DNA of 64,000 nt from Bugula neritina (Eukaryota; Animalia; Bryozoa), in the NCBI GenBank assembly GCA_964035545.1, contig OZ037769.1:8227929-8291928 (forward strand), read 5' to 3'. Under the pieces are notes generated by a model. It worked only from the letters and a program-made list of their open reading frames with translations, did not search any database and was not told where the DNA came from. Shown here piece by piece: positions 42,410-64,000 of the stretch (its first letter is position 1; the number at the start of each line of letters is the position of its first letter). The position numbers were made by a program, and so were the translations under genes.

Positions 42410-45400
42410 CTAAGGTTTATCAGAAGCTTCCAGTCCATGAATCTCAAGCTCATAAATATTGAGTGCTTCATTTATTCCAAAAGCTGTTACTCTCACATAT
42501 CTACCATACATTCTAGTACGGCATGTAACCAGAAATACATCTGCTGGTGGTTGTCCAGGAAGGTAGTCACAGATCTCTTTCTCTTGTGGATCATCAAAAT
42601 TAGTATCAGTTTTACCTACTGTCACTCTGACATTGGCCAGTCTGTCATTGCTATTAACTAAAAGACGAGGATGGTATAAACTATGAACTTGGAATGTAAT
42701 CATTTGAAACTGGACATAATGCTAATTTTGCTAATCATTGCTCGACTACTACATACATTTATCTACATGTACATAAATAATTAATTTATTTGCAATTAAC
42801 TCTTACGTGATCAATGGACCATATATGGTCATTTACGTAAATAAACCGAAGCCCTTGCTTTAAACTTCCAGTTTGTAACCGAATAGCCTAAAAGTTTTTG
42901 AAATTAATGTTGACGGTGCAGCTTGGTAATTTTGGGATAATTATAGCCAACAAATCTGATTAAATAAAGAGCTACCAAACCAGCTATGTGCTTTGAATCT
43001 AGTCCCTAAATTTCAAAATTAGCGGTAAAGTTGTAGACTATACGCTACTTTCAAACACAACAGACTGCAGTCAAATTATACGGAGCTAGTTTATTTCATT
43101 TAGATTATATTTAGAATAATGTCTAAATATTTTAATTCATATTATAAAGTTATTTTATCATTTTGAATTTTCAATTTTCAAATGGCGTTTTGAGAGGTTT
43201 AATTGAAAAGACTAATTTTAACTAAAATTTCAGTCTCTTGTCACTTTAAAAAGCTTTTTATAATAGAAAATACTCTTAAAGTTATAGTACTTAGTTTATT
43301 TAAAGCCAAAATTTATTGTAACCTTTTAATAATGAAATTAAGACTTAGCCTAGGGCCACACGGTGCGTATTTTCGCATGCGAAAATTGAAATCACAGGTA
43401 GCAAAGGTGTCCACTGTGCGCGTTGAGAAAACATTCGCACTTGTCGCTCTGCATTTTCAACGCAAGTGCGAATCGTCTCTGTCGTCGTCACCTAATTGGC
43501 TGGTAGTTATTCAGCGAGCCCAATTTCTTTATTTTAGTGCTACATTCCAGTAAATTGCGTTTTATTGAAAGCGAGTGCGATTTAAAAATGAATGCTTTAT
43601 TTATCACGCATCACTGACGCTACAGTGGACACCTTTGCTACTTGTGATTTCAATTTTCGCATGCGAAAATACGCACAGTGTGGCCCTAGGCTTTTGCAAA
43701 AGTTGCCAGTGAATTTTGCGGTAAACTCAAACGAGCCATAAAATTACGTAACTTCAAAGTTGATCGCGTAATTGTAAACAGCCAATAGTAAACACAGTCA
43801 CAAAAGCCTTTAGTTTAAGCTGATATAGTGCATTGCAGAAACATTGTTTTAACAATTACCTTGTGTTTTAATAAACAATTGTATTAACTCACAGGATCCT
43901 GTGCTTTCAGATCTGTCCCAGATCTTGACACCATCAACAAAGTAGTTGATGGCTAAATCTATTTGTATCCATGGAGACAGCTCTTTGAAAGTGTGTGCTA
44001 AACTGTCAAGCTCTCCCAGACCAGAGTCAGAAGGGAGATAAGTACCATCAGTAGCCTTGTAGCCTGAATAACTTGCACCGAATACACTGCTCATGTTAAC
44101 TACTTTATCTAAAATCAAGTGAACAAAATGTGAAAAACTGCCATGTTTTCTGGTTGAATAATACATGCATGCATTAATAAAATATGATTGAGTATAGTGC
44201 TTAGTGAATAAATAGATGTCAGAGCAACAGACATAGTAAAACAAAATTTATTTTCAATACATTAATCATAAGTCAGACAGTTTTTTTATAACAGATACAA
44301 AATTTGAAAATTTGTTGTTGTACATTATAATAGTTTTTTCAAAACTAGCTGATCAAATGCCATTTATATGCTTTGAATTTTGAAACGTTACGATTTAAAA
44401 CATTTTCAACAAGTGAGCCTTCTTACCTTTAGCGAGATAAGATGAGAAGCCATAGATTACCAAGTCTTCAGAGTAAATCTTCTTAATGGAACAGAATCTA
44501 CCTGCTTCCCGTGTGGTGCTCAGCAAGTTTGGTTTATCAGACAGGAAACAGGTTGAAGAGTTCTTGTCATATGACACGGCAACACAAGATTGGTCACAAG
44601 AACAAAGAGACAGGCAAGACTCATATGTAGAAGTATTAAGTTTATTGTAATAAGTAATCACATCTGTAGATGTCTGATCTATAATAGTAATTATAATATC
44701 AGCTGAGATTCAAACATTATGGAATTGACAAATCTGGTGTGGGCTTGAAATGATCATATAGCAAGTTCTATTATTTATTAAATATACTCGTTATTTTCTA
44801 TTCAGCTACATAGTATCTCTTCACCATGAATAGCTATTGTATTCTCATAAATAAAACATGCTTATATTAATCAAAAACATTTATATGAAATAGAGTTTTA
44901 TTTGATGATATATTTACTGATCATAGGAGATAACTTCATAAAATAGGATGTTTCCGTATTCTCTCCATCCTCTAGCTGATACAGAATGCTGTTATAAAGC
45001 TGACAAACTTGGTCTGATGAGTCAAAGGTACCAGATTGACACTCGGTGTTGTGAAAACTGCATTGAGTCATGCATTCAATCATACTCCGTGCTACAACCA
45101 AGTTACATCCCATTTCTCTAGTTTTTTAAAAGTTACCAGATTGTCTAATAAATATATAATTATATATCTATTTTTGTCCAAATGAATATAGTGAATTGGT
45201 CTATTCAGTTTAGCATTCAACTGTGGCTTTATAGCTACAATTTTCCTATAGTCTTAAACAAAGTAATTAAAATAAAATAATCAGAAGTCAAGCTACAGCT
45301 TAAAGAAGTGTGCCAAAATGAAAATTCCCTTTTCGTAATTTCAGAAGGTTATTTTTACTTAAAAAATATCGTAGGTAATGATATTCTATGTTGGAATCTT

Positions 45401-45814
45401 TATTTGAGTGTATATTGCATTAAAATTGTGAAACAGGTAAGTTTATTAATTTACTCAAGCAGCATTTTGCTTTACATGGCCATGCGAAGAAAATACTCCA
45501 TATTGAAATAACATGTTTTTTTTAAATCTCAGAAATTAATAAAAATATCTTGATACCTGTGAAATTCTCCAACTTTTAACGAAGCTAAAATGAATGCATA
45601 AAAAGCTTTTCTGCCACATATTCTATTGCAAATGTGATAGCTAAAATGCAGTAACAAAGTTTCTACCTTGTACAGATTTCAAAATGTGAGGTTCTGAACT
45701 AATGTTGCATCTTAAGATATTCTTCACGAAATATATTTGTTGAGTCACATTAGTTGAAGCCAAAGCTGGTGCGAAAAGTAAAGTCAGCAGTGTGTAAACC
45801 AGTGGTAACTTCAT
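42410..45814 (-). CDS. Secreted PAN/Apple-PAN/Apple-F-type lectin (FTP) protein, 6 exons
   Basis: Exons 45814-45667 (signal peptide MKLPLVYTLLTLLFAPALA), 45584-45557, 45117(or 45144)-44918 (PAN: SMIECMTQC...CQSGTF...CQL), 44678-44427 (PAN: ESCLSLCSCDQSCVAVSY...CFL), 44108-43893 and 42657-42410 (FTP: ATDG...AHT...PWIQIDL...VKIWDR...GRYVRV...LNIYELEIHG). All junctions are GT-AG and phase-compatible. Confidence 0.82.
42800..43774. mobile_element. piggyBac-like non-autonomous element in the last intron
   Basis: TTAA|CTCTTACGTGATCAA ... TTGATCGCGTAATTG|TAAA. 12/15 TIR match with a degenerate TTAA TSD. Confidence 0.5.
43348..43691. mobile_element. PIF/Harbinger-like MITE with ~70-bp TIRs
   Basis: GCCTAGGGCCACACGGTGCGTATTTTCGCATGCGAAAATTGAAATCAC...GTGTCCACTGT is mirrored at 43622-43691. 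Flanks are TTA and TTT. Confidence 0.85.
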
Positions 45815-48666
45815 GTTTGAGAAAAATAACTGTCCCAGGAGTGCACAGTGGTTTCAAAGTCTTGATTTTAATAAGCTGATACGACTTGTGTTAAACTAAA
45901 GTCAGCAGTGTGCAAATTACCAAAGGTACCTCTGTGTTTAAGAATTTAACCATATACTGGAGGTAGGCGGTACGTTTTCAAAGTATTGATGTTAATCAAC
46001 TGATACAACTTGAATTAAAAACCTTTTTGACAAATAGCAAAGTCTTGGTCAATATTTAGAAATAATAGTTAATTATGTTTCTATCAGAAATGCCGAAAGG
46101 AGCTTATTAATTATTTACTAATGTTTAAGGGGATGTCAATAATGTTTGTTTCTATATATATTTAGTGGCCTACATGCTTTAATAGCTTATAATGCAGCAT
46201 CAATTGTCATTGGTAAAAATATTTCTTGTTTTGTCTATAGAACCCAAAAATCAATTTTAGACAATAATTTAAATGGTTTACCTATAATATTAAAATGGGT
46301 TACAGTTGAACCATTAAGTAAAATCTAATTTCATTTTTATACCTGTTTAATATTTTGACAAATAGAAATGATTCATTTGATCTATGCCAAGTTTGTGCAA
46401 ATATCTTTACTAAATAATATTCAGTACAATTATGCTATCAAAGTCTAAGTTGCAGTCTAATTTTACACCTACAAATACAGCTTCAGCTTAATAAGGCTAA
46501 AGAAATTAGTGCCAGTCAGGAAACAGTGTACAAGTAGAGAGTAGGCCTACAGCATAAGGCTATAACCTTATTGCAAGATGTTAAAAGGCCATTAAAACTT
46601 TCAACTACAAACAGCAGTAATGATATAATGAATTTAATCAGTTGCATAAAAATAAACATTGAACCAAGTTGTTCAGTCAACTTGCTAATGCAGCTGAGGT
46701 TATCTAGTTGAACCTACTTAGTGTCCCAAGACCCATCTTTGACCTACCATGGACAGTGTATTTCACTGCTGGTTATACTGCCGTAATACAAATGAAAAAT
46801 AATATATATGCTTTTTGGTATGCAAAGCATTTTAAGTGTAGGTATTTTATAGTATTATTTGAGCAGCTAAAAACATCCATGCAGTGGCTGCATTGAATTG
46901 TATCAATTTTGTATGTAAATCACAACTATATAGTACTAACATATAAGCAAGATAATAAAATTCAATTTGAGTGCACTTCATAGGGTTCACAGATTTATCG
47001 GACAAGAGCCATGTCTAGCAAAAATTGGTCGGCCTGATTACATTCAGCTCTAAATACTGCACAGAATATGCATTTCTCTGCTGCATAATATCGGTTGGGT
47101 ATGAAAGTCCAAAAGCAGCTTTTAAACACAGATACTAGGTATTAGCTGCACTCTCCAGCACAAGACTAAAGTTGAGACTATTTTATGACATTCTTGATAT
47201 TAAAAGTTATCTAAAGGTTTGCGGTCATTAACAACGCATAAACATGGCTGCTGATTCTTGCGTAGTTCTTCATGATCTTTGCTGTGTGGTGTGAACTGAA
47301 GTATTATGTAATAATGCACAACTGACCTGTTCTATTTTATTAGTCACATGCAAGTATTTTGCCATCCTAATTTTACACTTTTTTTTCCATGCAATATTTG
47401 AGATACTGCATACTTTACAACATAATGAAGAAGACAAAATATATTTCTTCAAACTTTCTCTTAAACACTTGATGTCGCCAGTATATATAAATTGTGCGCA
47501 GATGTTTTTTATGTTTCTAGTTTTAAATACACAGTATTTTTTCTATATTGATGCTATAGAATTCCAGTTATCTATTTTTTAGATCAAGTGATTATTTTAC
47601 AAATGCAAGCAGTCATAAGAAATTATTAGACAACTAAAGTGCCCTTCAAAATAAGGAAGTATAAATGTTGGATTCTTTTATATAACTGCATGTGTGCGTT
47701 TTTTGCTGAGAATAGACTGTTGGGTCTTCCCATGCAGCTCAAAGATCTAAATTAGCTTACAGATTTTGAAATTTTTATTGTGATTGATTTACCAGCTTAT
47801 CAACTTAGGGTTGTGAACTGTACAATAAGTTGACCATTTGGGTTGTGCTGCATAAAATATGTGCTATAATTAACGCGTAATAAAAAATATCCGCTTTCAC
47901 TGGCCTGTGTGTAGTCAAATCAGGAAAGTATAAACAAAGGTGTGTAAATTTTAAAATAGCTTTATTTCTGAAATATTTTATTTAAAATTGCATTATTCAT
48001 TGGTTTAAAAATTAAATAAAACCTCTAACACTGTTTTCTATATTTATTATGTTTAGCTTGGTTTTTAAATTGAAATAGATGCATGGGGAGACAAATCATA
48101 ATTTCTAAGCTTGTGGTAGGCTAAAGAGAAAAAATAAACTTGCAAATCACCCACAGTAAACATTTTGAAGTCATTTGGAAGAGCCAACTGTCTTTTTTTT
48201 CAGCAAGAAATGCACACAGTCACATAAAATAGTTCAACTTTTATACCTCCTAATTTTAAAAATAGATCGAATGCAGGTTGTCTAGTATATTTTCCTAATT
48301 AACTGCTTTTAGTCTCCAAAACGTATCATTTTCATTAGAGGAACATTTACCCATAATTTCTATCTTTACAGAATATTGAGTGTTTTAAAAAAAAATCTTA
48401 TACTGAATGCTTTGTCTTCCTTATTGCATAATACAGTATCCCAAATTTTTAAATGGAGCTGCAACATTAATTTTGCTAGATACTAATAGAAAAAAATTAT
48501 GCATTATTACATTATATTTAATTGCACTCGTGAAGAAATATAGGCCTGCTTTTTTATTACAGCACCAGCAGCAACAGTCGGCTAGATCATATAGTGCTGA
48601 AAAACACATTCCATGAACACAGAAAGAAACACCAATTTATTTGTATTATTTCTGAACCATTTTTAG

Positions 48667-49468
48667 AGCAGTTTGTATAATTGTTTTTATTGAAGAAACA
48701 ACTCACAGCTTAAATGTAATTTGTGGCAATAATGGGCCGTTCCTAGAAACAAACCAGCCATGCAGGTATGTAGCAGCTGTGAAGTATGACTCGCAGGAAA
48801 ACACCAATAGCAATACTATACTCTTGCAGTGAAGGAAAACTTATAGGATATGAATGCAGGTGTAGGATCTCTACTGAGTTCACAAAAAGTCTCCTTTTGA
48901 TTTTGATTTTATGAATAAATACTTTTGAAGCAGTATGTAGTTATGCTGCATTGAGAAACAACCTCACATAAATATTTGGATCAAAGGTTATTTAGGGTCA
49001 TAAAAGAGAAGCTGGCCAATGGCAGTTTGGAGCTTTTTACATAAAGTCTATCAACACTCACTTACAATCATCTCAGTGGTCAGAAGCAGGTCCACAGACT
49101 CTGTTCTTAGCAACTGTAGAACTTTAGGAGTTATGCACCCATATTCATGTACTAGTGGTTTCTGTTAGGTTGTCCAGTTTATACCTTTTTTAAACTCAAA
49201 ATCCAGCTCTAACTTTGTGTATTTGGCACAATTCAAGCCAGAATGAGTGGCAAGAAAATACTACAGAGGTTACCACTGACTACATATTATTGGCCATATG
49301 TTTATCTACAGCCATATGAATCATCAGACTATATAGGAATTATGTGTGGAAAAGCAGTGATAGTAACTACAGAACCATAGAGTTTGCAAGATAGCTGAAT
49401 CAACGGTATAGCTCAAAGTAATTACCTTTAGGGAGAACTGTTTTGCTGGTGGTGGCACATACATGTAG
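48667..49468 (+). pseudogene. Degraded exons of a Cys-rich (EGF-like) and possibly F-type-lectin-like extracellular protein
   Basis: Exon 48667-48765 (AVCIIVFIEETTHSLNVICGNNGPFLETNQPC) splices in phase to 48830-48888 (SEGKLIGYECRC). 48996-49468 has fragmentary FTP-like motifs with many disruptions and ends at AG|GTAAG. Confidence 0.35.
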
Positions 49469-49756
49469 GTAAGCTGCTTGCAAGATACAGCAGCTGTTCA
49501 ATCAAAAAGCGCTGACTTGCAAAAAAAATTTAAAAATAGGAATAATGTGTCCATAAACTGCAAAATAGTGTTATTTCTAAGCCAGTCTTGGTATTTTTGT
49601 CTTTAGAATAACCAATTTTTAAGGAAATAAGACGTGGAAGACAACTACTAAACTGAATACTGTAAAACTGTGTTGAGTGGAGTTGAGGAATCCTGTATCT
49701 TGTAGTATATACACGTGCTACAGATTGTTAGTGTGGTATTGGCACACATAATATGC

Positions 49757-60550
<10,794 letters not shown>

Positions 60551-60694
60551 TCAATTACTAAAATTAATATACTAATGTTGTAACTAATAAAATTCTTGCA
60601 GTGTTTTGTTGCAGTTGCGACATATCTGCATTGCATTCCATATCCCATCAAATTATCTATTAATACAAATATATTAATTGTTGTCTTATTACAG

Positions 60695-60893
60695 ATGATC
60701 ATTCACTGAAGTGTTAAGAACCTCCATCAGTAACCAATTCAGATTTCATGAGCAGTGACTCAATCAACCTAGGTTCTGTGGTTACTTACTCTTGTAACGT
60801 AGGGTTCACCAAAACTCAGGGAGAAAAACTGGTGTGTCAACTGATGGGAGATAAAGCTGAGTAGATTGGAAAGAAGACAATCTGTAACAAACA
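60695..60893 (+). pseudogene. Sushi/CCP domain exon with two in-frame stops
   Basis: Phase-1 acceptor. LKC*EPPSVTNS...GSVVTYSCNVGF...KLVCQLMGDKAE*IGKKTIC has four Cys, with TAG at the conserved Trp position. Confidence 0.85.
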
Positions 60894-61118
60894 GTTCCAA
60901 CTTACAATAAAATGGCTTGTTGTCTAATTATGTCTATTTGTATTAATTACTCTTATAATATTATGATGAAATCAAAAATATTGTCATACATATTGAAATT
61001 TTGCTCTGTTTGCAAGGATGTCAAATATTGTTTGAACACACATTAATAAATTTAAAGTAGATGTAAATATCACATTCAGTTGATAGAGATGTCATTGTTT
61101 GTATTTAGGAAAGTGTAA

Positions 61119-61592
61119 ATGCAGACTAAACTTTTTAATATAGGATTATTAGCTGGGTTGGTCTCAACCTCTTGTCTAGTGGTGGGTCTGGTGGTTGTGG
61201 TGGTGATTTTAATATGCCGAAGTTATAGAAGAAAGGAAGAACCGCCTTCAGAAATGGTAGATCTTAACACAATTAACCAATCAAAAAGAAGTGAGCATAG
61301 AGATCCAGACCTGATTTCAATAAGAGCTTCTAGTGAAGTGATAGATGACGCATATAGCAAGGTGGATGATGGAGCATATAGTAAGGTTGATGACAGCTAT
61401 ATTGAGGTGGTTGATGACACTTATATTGAGGTGGTTGATGACACATACAATGAGCTTGATGGAACTGATGAACCACATACTTATAATAAAATTGAAATTT
61501 CTAACAGAAATAGAAGTAACAGGCCATCACAGCCTAATGTTGATACAGCAAGTGAATACCCACTTTATATAAACAGACTGAGTAGTAATTAG
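61119..61592 (+). CDS. Single-pass membrane protein segment with a tandem tyrosine-motif cytoplasmic tail ending in an ITAM-consensus motif
   Basis: Hydrophobic IGLLAGLVSTSCLVVGLVVVVVILIC followed by RSYRRK. Tail DDAYSKV DDGAYSKV DDSYIEV VDDTYIEV VDDTYNEL-x8-YNKI. Confidence 0.7.
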   Translation: MQTKLFNIGLLAGLVSTSCLVVGLVVVVVILICRSYRRKEEPPSEMVDLNTINQSKRSEHRDPDLISIRASSEVIDDAYSKVDDGAYSKVDDSYIEVVDDTYIEVVDDTYNELDGTDEPHTYNKIEISNRNRSNRPSQPNVDTASEYPLYINRLSSN

Positions 61593-62134
61593 TTGCTCAA
61601 GTTATTGTACTTTGAAATTCGCACTCATCAAACTTAAGTACTTTCCTATTTTATCAAGCAAATACAAAATAAGGTATTATTCTACTGTTTATATTTATTT
61701 TTCTTGCAGAAGTACAGTTGAATGCTTTTAGTTTATTCATGTAGCAGCACCAAGTACAAACTAAGTTACTGTTTGCGCGGAGCATACATTAATATATTGA
61801 CCTGATTGTACTTTTATTAAATCATCATAATGCTTTTTTCTCCCTGATATGTAGTAAACTTATTGTGTCCAATAATTTTTCTATGATTCAAAATGGTTTC
61901 ACCTACACTCAGCACTTTTAAAATAACTTCAATAATTACCAACAAAAAAATAACAATAAAAGCAAAATTATTGCTTGCTTGCAATATTTATACCTAATTT
62001 TAAATGGCTTTACTTACATTTCACACTTTTTAAATACCTATTTTAAATTTGTTAATAGCTGTGACCTAGTTTAGCTTCATGTTCCTTTGATTTCTATTAC
62101 AATATTTTTGTTCTATACCAATAAATAAAAACAC

Positions 62135-62943
62135 TTATGGAAAACAAAAAGACACAGCCTACTCCTTCTTCAAAAAAATTAAACTGTACTAAAAGCTTTA
62201 AATAGTTTGGAAAGTACTTTAAGTCACAACTGCAAGTTAATCAAGTAGAAAAATATACACACTCTGTGAAAGTGATACACTAAGACTGTGAATAAATAAA
62301 CATTCGTGACACACTCATAAGCCAGGCTATATTCTGTTTTCCAACAAAGACTACTCAATTCAGACTGCATCATTCCTTGACAAAAATAAACTTATTCCCC
62401 GTAAAAAGCTGCTATATCAGGCAGCCGTTTGTAGATCAGGGCAACAGTTGTTTCTATTAATGCATCATCTTTCAAAGAGTATGCCTAAGTTGTTAAGATA
62501 TGTGCAGCATTAATGCAATATAAGACTGATTAAAGCCCGCACAACTGAACATGTGTTAGAAAATATTATGTACTGCCCCTGTAAGACCATGCGTTGCAAT
62601 GCATCAAAATACTGATGCCAGGAGTCAAAGATTTAGTGCCCTGGTGCATGTCAGTGTAAGGATTGTCTGAACGTAAGATGCTTTGAAGAAAAAGACAAAT
62701 ATGAGAATGATGACTGCGGTGAAAAAGGTGAGAATACTCTTAAGGTGGTAAAAAGTTAAATATAATGAAGCACTACCTTTAAAAAATTATTTATACAATT
62801 TGCTTCAAACAATAAATTTCTCATCATCTGTTTTAATATTTTTGTGATTTCAAAATACATTTACAGAAAATTGGCAATTGTTTGTAATTAATAAATTAAT
62901 AAAAAGGTGTCATCCCAAATATATGCTTCCCAGTTAGACACTA
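62135..62943 (+). mobile_element. Academ (AcademX-type) transposon 3' remnant
   Basis: Decayed frames give LYQAAV and HVLENIMYCPCKTMRCNASKY*CQESKI*CPGACQCKDCLN, a Cys8/CXC finger typical of the XPG-containing Academ protein C-terminus. Ends ...CCAGTTAGACACTA, i.e. a 5'-TAG terminus. Confidence 0.6.
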
Positions 62944-63137
62944 TTTATTTATATTGGTAAAATTTATATTTTATGTGCAATTTATTTGAATATTATTTAA
63001 ATATTTGTATATTTAATTGAAGCTTGTATTGAGCACATAAATAGTTTTCTTTGATTTGCATTAACGTAGTAATTTTACATATTTTTTGTTTGAACATATA
63101 TTTTGTTAATGCGCATAGTATTCATTAATTAAAGATA

Positions 63138-63458
<321 letters not shown>

Positions 63459-63479
63459 AGCTCCAATAATTCTATTTAT

Positions 63480-64000
63480 TGAACAATTTGGAATAATTTA
63501 ACATACATTACCCAAATCTTCTAGGTTAAGTACACTGTTCAAGATACAGAACAGCGGAGTGTATTGTTTACACACCAATCCATATTAGATAATAATCAAT
63601 ATGACATTCGCATCAATATAATCATCTATTATATATAACAGTTTTGTACATGTTGAAAGAACATATAAATATAAACTAGTTTTATACATAAAATTATCAC
63701 AAGTAAAGTAGACAACAATGTTTTATAAAATAGCATCCAATTGAGGTTATTTAAATTGTTCTTCAACAATGGTTTGATATTCATATGTTCGTATCGTTAG
63801 AATAAAAATTGTTGACAATTATATTATTAGTTTAACATTTGAATTGTTACTAGAAAATTTGTTTATTTAATGTAAAAAAGTCATTTTGCAGTTACTCAAT
63901 GTAAGATAAGATACCGCAGCTACATTCACCGGTTTACCTCTAACTATCAGCAGGAAGTGTGTAGATAGTAAAATTTGACAGCTGCCAGAGCTGTTAATTT
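63480..64000 (-). repeat. Diverged inverted copy of the 18140-18480 and ~19620-19650 region (old dispersed repeat)
   Basis: Shared blocks CTGCTGATAGTT, AATATAATTGTCAACAA, ACCATTGTTGAAGAA, ATGCTATTTTATAAA and ACTTAACCTAGAAGATTT in the same order. Confidence 0.65.

Overview
AT-rich, intron-containing animal (probably invertebrate) genomic DNA, dominated by nested transposable elements. No prokaryotic features are present. All translations, alignments and folds were done by eye. Main contents: (1) 5-10 kb, a decayed spliced KDZ-type transposase gene with a homeodomain-like N-terminus, next to a GC island set in unusual period-3/6 low-complexity DNA. (2) An ~9-kb segment present twice (21115-30137 and 51953-60550) that encodes a 908-aa hAT-like DDE transposase. 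The first copy is dead and lies within an 11.5-kb interval bounded by hAT-type TIRs. The second copy is intact but has lost its right end. (3) Three Penelope-like retroelements, each beside a (TA)n tract and each carrying a minimal hammerhead ribozyme. (4) An internally deleted Gypsy element with a tRNA-Leu primer-binding site and a foreign solo LTR inside its 5' LTR. (5) LINE, SINE, MITE and Academ remnants. (6) A small lectin/immune-receptor neighbourhood: a secreted PAN-PAN-F-type lectin gene, and a broken EGF/FTP/Sushi receptor whose transmembrane plus tyrosine-repeat/ITAM tail remains an open 157-aa ORF.
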